This document shows positions 25,283 through 36,965 of a stretch of 64,000 bases of DNA, in pieces. Below the pieces are notes generated by a model that saw only the letters and a program-made list of their open reading frames with translations, made no database searches and was not told the origin of the DNA. The DNA lies in NCBI GenBank assembly GCA_030390025.1, contig CM059427.1, forward strand, positions 186,434,001-186,498,000, in the 5' to 3' direction. The stretch's first letter is position 1. Each line of letters begins with the position of its first letter. The translations under genes were made by a program, and so were the position numbers. The stretch comes from Squalus acanthias (taxonomy: Eukaryota).

Positions 25283-25753
25283 TGTACATGATAAACCCCT
25301 TCGAATCCAGCACAGCTCCAGTCCTGTACATGATAAACCCCTTCGAATCCAGCACAGCTCCAGTTCTGTACATGATAAACCCCTTCGAATCCAGCACAGC
25401 TCCAGTCCTGTACATGATAAACCCCTTCGAATCCAGCACAGCTCCGGTCCTGGACATGATAAACCCCTTCGAATCCAACACAGCTCCAGTCCTGGACATG
25501 ATAAACCCCTTCGAATCCAGCACAGCTCCAGTTCTGTACATGATAAACCCCTTCGAATCCAGCACAGCACCAGTCCTGTACATGATAAACCCCTTCGAAT
25601 CCAGCACAGCTCCGGTCCTGGACATGATAAACCCCTTCGAATCCAACACAGCTCCAGTCCTGGACATGATAAACCCCTTCGAATCCAGCACAGCTCCAGT
25701 CCTGTACATGATAAACCCCTTCGAATCCAGCACAGCACCAGTTCTGGACATGA
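25283..25753. repeat. 42-bp minisatellite, 11 full units plus a partial unit
   Basis: Unit TG(T/G)ACATGATAAACCCCTTCGAATCCA(G/A)CACAGC(T/A)CC(A/G)GT(C/T)C, head-to-tail with no spacers. Confidence 0.97.
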
Positions 25754-26942
25754 CGAGACGGCTGAGCCAAAGCCTGAGATTGTTCTGTGTGAAACTTTCA
25801 GGCCTTTGATCTGCTCCTCGCTTTCATAATAAACCTGGACTCACTTCCCCAGATTCTGGGTCACAAATAGTTTATCAAAATGTACAGAAGTATTACAGTG
25901 AATGAAAATGAGGCCAAGAGAGATTCCCTCAACTGAAGTGAGGTGTGATCTGGTTGCTGAGTCGTCGCCTCCTAATCCAAGTTCGGAGAGTCCCTTCTCA
26001 TCCATTGTCTGTTCCAAACTGAGGAGAATCTGTGGGAGATGAGTGACTAAATATCAAACTGTGTGGGAGAGGGAGGTCATTGGGAGGGGGACGGCCCATC
26101 ACCACCTCAGGTGCCAGTGCTGCCCTCATCCTGAGAATAAATATAAAAAGGATCCTTTTTCAGTGTGTATTTTCCAGAAGTTTCCTCCACAGCCTGCATT
26201 CTGCAGGGAAATAAAGTTTCTTCTCATCTCTGTCCTCAGGTTTCATATTTTTACTGAGCTCCTCTAGTTTTTTATTCATAAATCAACTTAAACTACCTGC
26301 TCACACCTAAATTGTCAGTCGCTCTCATCATTTTAAAGATTTCAATCATGTCATGTGTCCCCCTCAGTCTTCTTCATAGAATCATAGAATGGTTACAGCA
26401 CAGAAGGAGGCCATTCGGCCCGTCGAGCCCGTACCAGCTCTCTGCAAGAGCACTTTAGCGAGTCCCACTCCTACGCCCTTTCCCCGTAGCCCTGCAAATT
26501 GTTTTCCTTCAGGTACTTATCCAATTCCCTTTTGAAAGCCATAATTGTGTCTGCCTCCACCAGCCTCTCAGGCAGTGCATTCCAGATCATCACCACTCGC
26601 TGAGTAAAAAGCTTTTCCTCATGTCGCCTTTGGTTCTTCTGCCAATCACCTTAAATTTGTGTCCTGTGGTTCTCGACCCTTCCACTAATGGGAAAAGTTT
26701 CTCTCGATCTACTCTGTCTAGATGCCTCATGATATTGAACACCTCCATCAAATCTCCTCTCAACCTTCTCTGCTCTAAGGAGAACAACCCCAACTTCTCC
26801 AGTCTATCCACGCAACTAAGGTCCCTCATCCCTGGAACCATTCATGTAAATCTTTTCTGCACCCTCTCTAAGGTCTTCACATTGTTACTAAAGTGCGGTG
26901 CCCAGAATTGGACACGTTACTGCAGCTGAGGCTGAACCCTAT

Positions 26943-29024
26943 GGGCTCGATTTTGCTAGGCCCGAGGAGGCAGGATTGGAGGCATGTGAGGTGTTAAAAT
27001 TGCAAAAAATGGCAGGCGGCTCCGATCCCGCCTCCAGCTCACCTCCGAGCAATTTTCCAAGAATCGGGGTTTCAGACCCTGTTTCCATCCCGCCTCCAAG
27101 AGGCGGGATAGGCCCTTAAGGCCCTTAGCAACCAGTTAATTGCCTCTATAATCCCATTTGGAGAGGCCTTTCTGATTTTAACACTTTTCCCCCATCCTGT
27201 ACGTCTCCTCTGGAACACGCCAGTGATACCTGGCGGCCTCACAAGTGGATTGCTTACTAACAGCTGCAGCTCCATCATTAAAAAGGAGTTTTCACCAATG
27301 ATCATTTCCAGGTGGCAGAACTTTGTTGTCTCAGGTCTGGGGGAACTTTTAGCAGGTATACCCATTGTTGTGGAAGTTTGGAGCCTGACACACATCTCCA
27401 GTGTGACCTCTGGGAAACCCCTCTCCCCACCTTGACTGAGCGCTTCCTCAACTGAGGCATATACCAGAAGCATGGGAACCATTTATTTCCTTTCCTCCTG
27501 GACATCAGATTCGGACGAAGACAAGCAGAACCATGAACAAGAGCAGCACCAACAGCAGCAGCAACAACAGGATCGCCAAGCTGCTGCTCACCCACCTGAA
27601 GCTGCACAGGCCAGAAGTCGCCAGCGCGTGACCACATTGCTGCCCGGGATGCAAGGGACACACTCATGTTGGCCAGATTTGCTTAGCCTGCACAATCAAA
27701 CACTTTCGCCTCGCACCTTCTTACCAGAGCATCGACAATGGACAAGAACCCTAACCCTAACCCTAACCCTAACCCTATCAATCTGACCACCATACTGACA
27801 ATTGCAAGTCGCTCTAAGCCTTCAATGTGGAAGTCCCATTTGCGAAATAACACAGGCCAGAACTTCAACAGTTTGCCATCAGAATTTTTTTTATCACAAC
27901 AAGCAACTGATGGCATTTCAAAAATAGACACTACACAACACCCAAGTGACTACCCTTGTGATTACTTGTGCTTTATCTTCCTCTTACGCGTACTCCTACG
28001 TGGTGCTTTCCCTGTGGCTTTAGCAGATGTCAATGAGAGAGATGCCAAACTATTCTGTCACCAGCTTGCTGTGATGCGCCTGTCTGTTCCTCCCTCACTT
28101 GGAAATCCTACTCGATCCCGGCGATTTCCAGGGCCGCCTCCTCCGAGGTGGTGAGCTGGGCTACTGAGGGTGGCCCTCCTCCTGTCCTCGCTCTTTCCCT
28201 CTTATTGTGGACTCTCTTTTCCTGCAATGAGGAACACAAGTGGAGTTTGAGTGAGAATGAAGGAGTGAGTGTAGAGAATCCATAGCATAGATGCTTAGAA
28301 GGAGACAAAGGGCCCTCCCTGTGTGTTGTAAGTTGTTGTCATTGCATCACAGTGATAGGGAGTGTGAGGGCTGCATGGTCAAAAAGTTAAGTGAATGTGA
28401 CCGTAGAGAGAGAGGGAATGGGTAAGGGTGCAGGGATGTCAGTTTCAAGTGGGATGTGGAGGAAGAGGTTGGCACAGCAGAGTGCTGGTGAGGAGAGGCG
28501 ATGGGGATCAGATTGAGGGTGATGGGAAAGTCATACTCACTTTTCCTGTGTGGAGAAGGTCATGAAACCTCTTCCTGCACTGCAGCCAGATTCTGCGGCA
28601 CATAGAGATTAAGTTGACCTCCTGTGCCACTTGCATCCACACAGCTTTAGTCTGCTGGGGAGGCTTTTTCCTCCCTGAGGAAGGGAAGAGCACCTCCTTA
28701 TTTGATCTAGCTCCCTCCACCACTTTGGCCTACTGGTGGACATAGTTGCTGAATGAAGCGATCACAACAATGGGCATAAATTTTAAAGTCTCCAGAAGAA
28801 GCAAGGCTGCTTGCAGGCCTTAAATCCAGCAGCATTGATGACTTCATCGGAGGCGACTTTCTGTATGAAAAGACTCATTTTTGCCAGGGGTTTCCACACG
28901 CTGAAAATCAAGTGCCCAATTAGGGGAAAATCACACTTTTTTCCCACTTCACATCGGAGTTGGGGTGCTGACACGAAAACCACCTGACACGCCCTAGCCT
29001 GCCCCCAATGGCAAAATCCAGCCC
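26943..29024. mobile_element. Internally deleted PIF/Harbinger DNA transposon with remnant Myb/SANT gene (-) and possible transposase N-terminus (+)
   Basis: TIRs GGGCT(C/G)GATTTTGC, 3-bp TSD TAT. Myb exons at 28541-28723 and 28108-28221 (W..VA..VN...QCRKRF.DL; RTGGG) joined by a GT-AG intron. Confidence 0.85.
27747..27776 (-). repeat. Interstitial telomeric tract (AACCCT)5
   Basis: Five perfect hexamers, equivalent to TTAGGG on the minus strand. Confidence 0.9.
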
Positions 29025-29580
29025 TATGCCTCTATTTATGAAGCCCATGATCCTGTAAGCTTTTTTAACTGCTTTCTCAACCTGACCTGCCACCTTCAAC
29101 AATTTGTGCACATACACCCCCAGATCTCTCTGTTTATGCACCCTCTTTAGAATTGTGCCCTTTAGTTTATATTGCCTCTCCTCGTTCTTCCTAACAAAAT
29201 GTATCATTTCAGTGAAAAGACCTCCATCTGTCACTCACCAGACTTTGACAAAACCAGAAGGGAACACAAACAGGGTTTAGGATCCTTCCTGTTTCTATGC
29301 AAAAGTTACCGTTTTTAACCAGCTTCCACGGTTTCATTTGTACACGTACTATTTTAAAATAAAATCTACAAAAATCTGACGACATTGAAAATCATTCCTT
29401 AGAAATCTTTGTGTGTAATTCCCATCTTTAGAAAGGATCGGGAAACTGGAAGAGGTGAAGGGGTCGCCTTATTGATTAAAGACACTATTAAAACAGTAGT
29501 AAAAGAGGGTAGAGGTAAGGGAAAGCAATCGACGGTTACTCTGTGGTTAGAATTGAGTAATAAGAGAGGACAAAACTATA

Positions 29581-30908
29581 CTACAAGCCCACTGACTCCC
29601 ACAGCTACCTGGACTACACTTCCTCCCACCCCGCCTCCTGTAAGGACTCTATTCCATTCTCCCAGTTTCTCCGTCTCCGCCACATCTACTCTGACGATGC
29701 CACCTTCCATACCAGTGCTTCCGAAATGTCTTTCTTTTTCCTCAACCGAGGATTCCCCTCTACTGTGGTTGACACGGCCCTCGACCATGTCCGTTCTATC
29801 TCCCACACTTCTGCCCTCACCCCTGCCCCTCCCTCCCGGAACCACGATAGAGTTCCCCTTGTCCTCACCTTTCACCCCACCAGCCTCCACATTCAACGGA
29901 TCATCCTCCGCCATTTCCGCCACCTCCAGCATGATCCCACCACCAAACGCATCTTCCCCTCACCTCCCCTTTCAGCATTCCGTAGGGACCGCTCCCTCTG
30001 CGACACCCTAGTCCACTCCTCTACCACCCCTAGCACCCCTTTCCCTTCGCCCGGCTCCTTCCCATGCAAGCGCAGGAGATGCAACACATGCCCTTATGCC
30101 TCCCCCCTTCCCACTGTCCAGGGCCCCAAACACCCCTTCCAGGTGAAACAGCGATTTACTTGTACTTCTTGCAATTTAGTATACTGTATTCGCTGCTCAC
30201 GATGTGGTCTCCTCTACATTGGGGAGACCAAACGCAGATTGGGTGACCGCTTTGCGGAACACCTCCGTTCAGTCCGTAAGAGGGACCCTGAGCTTCCGGT
30301 CGCCTGTCTCTTAAATTCACCACTCTATTCCCACTCAGACCTCACCGTCCTCGGCCTCTTGCATTGTTCCATGGAAGCTCAGTGTAAGCTCGAGGAACAG
30401 CGCCTGATCTTTCGATTAGGCACTTTACAGCCTTCTGGCCTCAATATAGAGTTCAACAATTTCAGATCATAACCTCGGCCCCTATCATATATATATTTTT
30501 TATCCACACTTTTTGTTTGTGCCTTTTGTTCTTCTCTCCCACATGGCAGCTGTCTTTCATTTTGCCAGCGCAATTCACACCCTATCTAGAGCCATCCTTT
30601 GTTTCTTAACCTGTCCCATTACCATCTCCTGTTGCCTTGAATATCTCTTAATGTCTCTTTACTTCTCCTGCTTTCCATCCTATCACAGACCTTCCCTTTT
30701 GTTCTTTCATCCCCTCCCCCAATTCCCAGCCCCTAAACTTGCTTTAAAATCTGTTCCATTTCCTGCTTTTTTCCAGTTCTGACAAAAGGTAATCGACCTG
30801 AAACGTTAACTCTGTTTCTCTCTTCACAGATGCTGCCTGAGCCGCTGAGTTCCTCCAGCATTTTCTGTTTTTATTTCAGATTTCCAGCATCTGCAGTATT
30901 TTCTTTTT
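29581..30908 (+). mobile_element. 5'-truncated Penelope-like element (RT C-terminus and GIY-YIG endonuclease)
   Basis: NLVYCIRC...LYIGETKR...RFAEH...GLN motifs, 13-bp TSD GGACAAAACTATA. Confidence 0.92.
30775..30811 (+). ncRNA. Degenerate hammerhead motif (core CUGACAA)
   Basis: Same position in the Penelope tail, with the conserved core G changed to A. Confidence 0.55.
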
Positions 30909-31155
30909 GGACAAAACTATAATGGGAGTTGTCTGCAGGCCTCCTGATAGCAGCAATGAAGTGGCAGAATGTATTAATTTAGAGATTAGAGAGGCTTGTA
31001 GCAAAAGCAGAGTTGCTTTACTGAGAGACTTTAATTTTGATGCAGGCTTGAAAGAGCAGAGTAGCTCAAGTCAAAAAAGCAGTGAATTTTTTGAGTGCAT
31101 TCAAGGTAGTTTTCTAGAGCAATATGTTCTAGAACCAACAAGAAGGCAGGCCATA

Positions 31156-32150
31156 ATAACAACAGAAAACGCTGGAAAAACTCAGCAGGCCAGGCAGCAT
31201 CCATGGAGAGAGAAACAGAGTTAACGTTTCAGGTCGAAGACCTTTCGTCAGAACTGGAAAAAAGCAGGAAATGAAATAGATTTTAAAGCAAGTATAATGC
31301 TGGGAATTGGGGGAGGGGATGAAAGAACAAAAGGGAAGGTCAGTGATAGGATAGAAAGCAAGAGAGATTCAGAGACATTGAGAGACATTCAGAGATATTC
31401 AAGGCAAGAGGAGGTGGTAATGTGACAGGTTGAGGAACAAAGGATGGCTCTAGATGAAGTGTGAAATGTGCTGGCAGAATGAAGGACAGCTGCCAGCTTC
31501 TGGGAGGGAAGAAAAAAAAGGGCCAAACAAAAGGGTGGATAAAAAAAAAAAAAAAAAAATATGTATATATGTGATGGGGCCGGGGTTAGGATCTGAAATT
31601 GTTGAAATCTATGTTGAGTCCAGAGGGCTGTAGAAGTAAAGGGCATTAAGGGTTACGGGGAGCGGGCAGGAATTTGGACATGAGTCTAGGTTCGGATCGG
31701 TCATGGCCCTGTGGGTAGTGGAGCAGGCCCAGGGACTGTGTAGCCTGATTCTGCTCCTATTTTGTGTGTGCAATTCTGTTAGATGCAGGAGATGGTTCTG
31801 TGATAGATAGTAGATTGGCGGTTAGGATCAGATCAGCCATGATCTTATTGAATGGCGGAGCAGGCTCGAGGGGCCGATTGGCCTACTCCTGCTCCTATTT
31901 CTTATGTTCTTATGTTCTTATGTAGAGTGCCTAATCGAAAGATGAGGTGCTGTTCCTCGAGCTTACGCTGAGCTTCCGTGGAACAATGCAAGAGGCCGAG
32001 GACGGTGAGGTCAGAGTGGGAGTGGAGCGGAGAATTAAAGTGACAGGCCACCGGGAGCTCGGGGTCCCCCTTACGGACTGAACGGAGGTGTTCCGCAAAA
32101 CGGTCACCCAATCTGCGTTTGGTCTCCCCAATGTAGAGGAGACCACATCG
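31156..32150 (-). mobile_element. Penelope-like 3' fragment, itself interrupted by a CR1-type tail (about 31635-31920)
   Basis: GIY-YIG fragment, 12-bp TSD AGGCAGGCCATA. Confidence 0.9.
31219..31255 (-). ncRNA. Minimal hammerhead ribozyme motif (Penelope)
   Basis: AGUU-CUGACGA-A-AGGUC-UUC-GACCU-GAAAC-GUU-AACU. Confidence 0.7.
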
Positions 32151-32825
32151 AGGCAGGCCATACTAGATTGAGTAATGAGTAATGAGCTAGACTTAGTGAA
32201 TAATCTAACAGTAAGGGAACATTTATCTAACAGTGATAATAATATGATTGAATTCAATGTTAGGTTTGAAAAGGAGAAACGTAACACTGTTACTATGATT
32301 TTAGATTTTGGTAAAGCTAACTTTAACGAGATAAGGCAGAGACTGACGAGAGCAATCTGGTCAAAACTGCCATCGGGTAAAACTACTGAGGAACAGTGGG
32401 AGTTGTTCAAAAAGGAACTTAATGCAGGACCAGTCTATAACCCTAAGGGACAACTTACCAAATTACTTACCAAATAAAACAGCTCTGGCTGACAAAAGAG
32501 GTGAGAGATAACATCAAACTACAGGAAAGAGCATAGAGAAGTGCAAAGAATAGTGTAGATCCAGGGGACTGGGAGAGATATAAAGAACAGCAAAGCAAAA
32601 CAGAAAACTAGTAAGAGCTGCAAAAAGGGAATACGAAAAGAAACTTGCGAGAGATATCAAGATTAACACAAAAAGTTTTACAATTATATTTGAAGAAAAA
32701 TGGCAGTCAAGGGTATTTTGGGCCTTTAAAAACAGATGCAGGTAATATTGCAAATTAAATTAAGAAATTAAGACTTGTTGAATAATTACGTTGTGTCAGT
32801 CTTCACAGTAGAGTAATAGGATAAT

Positions 32826-33584
32826 GGGCCGTATTTTCCGATCGGAGGCTTCCTGCGTGCGGAGGCCTCCGATCTGGAAAAAATCTACGGACTTATCTGA
32901 GGGCTCCCGAGGTCCGGACACTTCCACTCCTGGGCCTCTCCAACTTGAAATGTGCAGGGCCCACGTATCCCAGAGGCGCAGGCAGTTCACAAGCGTCCCT
33001 GGGATCACGTGGGCCATGGGGAGCCAATCAAAGAAGGGAATCTCCCTTCATACACTTGACAGATAGAACTGTCAAATATATGAATGGAGATCACCCCAAA
33101 AACACTTTAAAACATTAAATAAAATAAAACAAAATTCACATTTTTAAAATTCGTTGAAATTACAATAAATTAAATATTTTAAACAAAAATTTAATTTTTT
33201 GAAAAAAATAATTAAGTTTTTTTATGGGGCTAAAAATAAACTTACCTTTTTTTTTAAAGTATTTTTAAATGATAAATGAGTGAAATTTAAAAAAAAAACA
33301 TTTTTCAAATCTTATGCTGGTAAAAGCAGGCCTTGCTCCTGCTTTTACCAGGCGTAAGATTTCTAAGGGTTTTCTGTGGGCGGAGGTTCTCCAGAAAGTG
33401 GAACTATCTGCCCGCAGAGACCCTTCTCCAGGGCAGGTGTCTGATCTGTCAAGAGCATTCTTGACAGATCGGAAATGCCGGTTTTCAGCACATGTGCTTG
33501 GCATGCCTGAAACTGGCATTTCCGATGTCTCTACGGGTGTGTACATAGCGCGTACACACCTGTAGGGATCAGGATATATGGCCC
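32826..33584. mobile_element. Harbinger-type MITE
   Basis: TIR GGGCCGTATTTTCCGATC / GATCAGGATATATGGCCC, TSD AAT. Confidence 0.8.
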
Positions 33585-34844
33585 AATATACCTAACATTC
33601 CAGGCAAACTAATAAAGGACTGGAACTTACTAAAGTTAATGTAAGCAAGAAAATAGTTGTAGAACAAATAAATGGCACTAAAGCCTACTTCTGCTCCTAT
33701 TTCTTATGTTCTTACATCCCCAGGACCTGATGGTCTCCACCCCAGGGTTTTAAAGGAAGTAGGTGAGGAAATTGCAGATACTTTAGCCATAATCTTCCGA
33801 AGCTCTCTCAATTCAAGAATTGTCCCTTTAGATTGGAAAATTTCAAATGTAACTCCATTATTTAAGAAAGATGAGAGAAACAAGGAAATTATAGATCTGC
33901 CAGTCTAACATCTGTTATGGGGAAGTTATTGGAATCTATAATTAAGGACAGAGTGACTGAGCACATGGAGAGATTTGAGCTGATTAGAGAGAGCCAACAT
34001 GGATTTGTAAAGCCTATGTCATGTCTAACGAACCTAATTGATTTTTTTGAGGAAGTAACTAAAGTAGTAGACAGGGCAATGTCTATGGATGTAGTTTATG
34101 TGGACTTCCAGAAGGTATTGAATAAGGTTCCACATAAGCGACTGTGAACTAAATTTAAAGCTCATGGAATGGAAGCCAAATTATTGACCTGGTTAGGAGA
34201 TTGTTTAGGCGGTAGAAGACAGAGATTAGGGATAATGGGCATGTACTTGAATTGGAGTAAAGTGAATCGTCTTATCTGACAAGGATCTGTGCTGGGGCCT
34301 CAGCTATTCATTATATTTATTAATGACATGGATAACACAAGAGAGAGCCACGTATCCAAGTTGGCCAAAGATTGCTGGCATAGTAAGTCATGTAGACGGG
34401 AGCATAAAATTACAAAGAGACATTTGTAAATTAAGTGAGTGAGCAAAACTGTTCAATGGAAGCAAGTGTGAGGTCATCCATTTTGGAACAAGAAAGGATA
34501 GATCCGAGTATTTTTTTAAATGGTGAAAAGTTAGGAACAGTGGAGGTCCAAAGAGATTTAGGGGTCCATGCACACAGATCACTAAAATGTAGTGGTTAGG
34601 TACAAAAATAATCAACAAGGCTAATGGAGGGGCTGAATGGCCTACTCCTGTTCCTATGTTCCTATCCTGTGTGATTCTGAAATGCAGACAGTCTAATTCT
34701 GCTAATTATGGAGTTTGGGCAGATTGCAGAAGGATGCACCAGGGCTTGATCCTAAACAGGAGGAATTAGACAATAACCTTCTAATACTAACCGATCAGGA
34801 AAAGCAGCCCATGATGAAGTCTACACTACCCTCCCTTTGGGAAA

Positions 34845-36965
34845 GAACTTTTATTTATATAGAGCCTCGCACTCCTCAGGATGTCCCAAAGCACGTTACA
34901 GTCAATGGTTTATTTTTGAAGTATGGTCACTTGTTGCTTGTTGTGGGCACATGTGGCAGCTGATTTTTCCACAGCGAGGTCCCACAAACAACAATCAGAT
35001 AAATAACCAGTTTACCTGTTTTTGGTGGTGTTGGTTGAGAGACACATATTGGCCAGGTCACTGGGAGAACTCCTCTGCTCTGTTCCAAATCATGCCATGG
35101 GAACTTTTACATCCACCTGAGCAGGCAGGCAGGACCTCGGTTTAATGTCTCATCTGAAAGACGGCAACTCCAACAATGCTGTACTCCTTCAGTTGTGAAG
35201 GAATAGCCAGGATTCAGAAAAATACACGATACTACGAACAGATTTCTGAAATTATTAATAAATGACATACTGGGTTTAAAAGTCTGAAAGCCTCGGCGAC
35301 ACAGGCTGCAAACAGAATACAGGCTTATGAGATAAGATCAGTTGTTAACACAAGGCTGTGAACACAGGCTTTGAAATGGGAATGGGTTATTGACCAAGAA
35401 ATAAGCCCTATTGATAAAGCAAAGGTTTGCTTCCAGAGCGTCTGGACATTGGAATCAAAACAATGGAATGACTCAAGTAAAGTGTTATAAGCTAACACGT
35501 CGAACAGGTGCACAGAACATTAAAAAAACAAATGCCTTTGAAAGAATGACATCAAGTAAGAAATACCTGTCGTAAAATAGTTTATGTTAAACTTAAGACA
35601 GCAAACACGATTAAATATGCAACCAATTCAGATAGCTAGAAAACAAGTAAACACTGAGAGAAGTGTTTTCAATTTACATATTGTAAATATGATACCTACA
35701 GAAGGCTTTGAAGAGATGACAACAAGTAAAAGAGATGCTTGCTGAACAAATAGTTTTAATGTTAAGCTTGAAAGATGGAGTCCCAAGGTCTGATAAAAAC
35801 CAATTGAAGTAAATTAGAAATGCATGAAGATACTAGAGAAGTGGTTTTAATTTACAAGTTGTAAAAAGTACACAAACAAGACGACTTTGAAAATATTACT
35901 TCAATGGATACACCAAGCAATCACATTGTTCTTATATTGAACTTGGAATATCACGGAGTCACAACGTCTGAAAAAAACAGTTAAAGTAGTATTAGAAATT
36001 CAATAGAAAGACTTCGATAAGAATTGCATCAAACAGAAACCATTGCTGTCATTGTGTTTATGATGGTTTTGGAAACACCTAAACAGGACACAAGTCTAAA
36101 AGCATTCAACAGAGATATCAATAAAGAATAGAACAAAGTCAGCAAAGAATGAATTGATACAATTAGCTTACACAAATAGGAAAACTTCAAAGGATAAACC
36201 ACCCAAAAAAGAGTATAAAACATAGATCTTTTCAAACGAAAAGCAGAAGTCGCTGGGAAGGCAAGCGTCTCTCAACTTAACAGACATTCTCTGTAAGTTT
36301 ACAATTTTGAGTCTCGGGGATCAAGGTACTCTTATTTGATTTTGGTGGATATTCTGGATTAAGAAATAAGTAGAAGTGTGGAAATGTAACAAAGTTAAGA
36401 TTTGAGAATAAGGATCTCTGAGAATAAGATAATGTAAGCTATTTGTATTTTGAACGATTAAAGTTGCGATTGCCATAATAAATGTTATCTGAATGTCGGT
36501 TCTGTAATAAATCTATATATTTTTAGAATAATTTCAAAGAGCATTTCTGTATCATCTTGCGAACTCAATTTCTGTACATTTAAAGGAGTTGCAGAATTCT
36601 GGGGGATATTCCGGACCCTTATAATGTCCGGAAGGTTACAGTCTAGTTAAACTTATTAAAAGTACTATCTGGAGGACGGTAACATCTTTAGACTGTTTCT
36701 TTCCTTTAGGGAGAGGTAGTCTGACCTTTAGACCCAATTAAGCGTCTTATGGGATCCGGCTACCGCTAACTTTAGCTGAAGGTAAACGTCTGGGGAATAC
36801 GCCTGATCTGGGGTAGTCCGAAAGGGCTAGGACTTGTAATTATCCCTTCACAGTAGTGTACTGAGGTATCAGCTTAGATGATGTGCTCAAGTATTGGAGG
36901 GAGTCTTGAGCCTACGACCATCCAACTCAGAGGTGAGAGTGCTACCACTGAGCCCAGGCTGTCAC
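34845..36965 (-). mobile_element. DeuSINE/SacSINE1-like element split by a solo LTR
   Basis: tRNA-like head GGCTCAGTGGTAGCACTCTC and Deu-like core GCCGTCTTTCAGATGAGACATTAAACCGAGG on the minus strand. Confidence 0.6.
35194..36850 (+). mobile_element. Solo LTR, family X (1657 bp), inside a SINE
   Basis: TG...CA termini, CAGT TSD, TATAAA at 36214, AATAAA at 36505. Confidence 0.9.

Larger units (their letters stand above)
26376..29210 (-). mobile_element. CR1 3' fragment split by a Harbinger element
   Basis: LFSLEQRRLRGDL motif at 26590-26841 and continuation at 29025-29210. Confidence 0.85.
29420..34665 (+). mobile_element. Old fragmented CR1 ORF2 with nested Penelope and MITE insertions
   Basis: Collinear APE and RT fragments (FRKDR, RPP, SDNNMI, PGPDG, QHGF, KVPHKRL). 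Confidence 0.9.

Noticed and set aside
25283-25753. CRISPR array or 14-aa repeat protein
   Set aside because: No unique spacers, vertebrate context, and the open frames follow simply from a 42-bp unit.
27472-27786. Poly-Q host gene
   Set aside because: It lies inside the Harbinger TIRs and is a transposon remnant.
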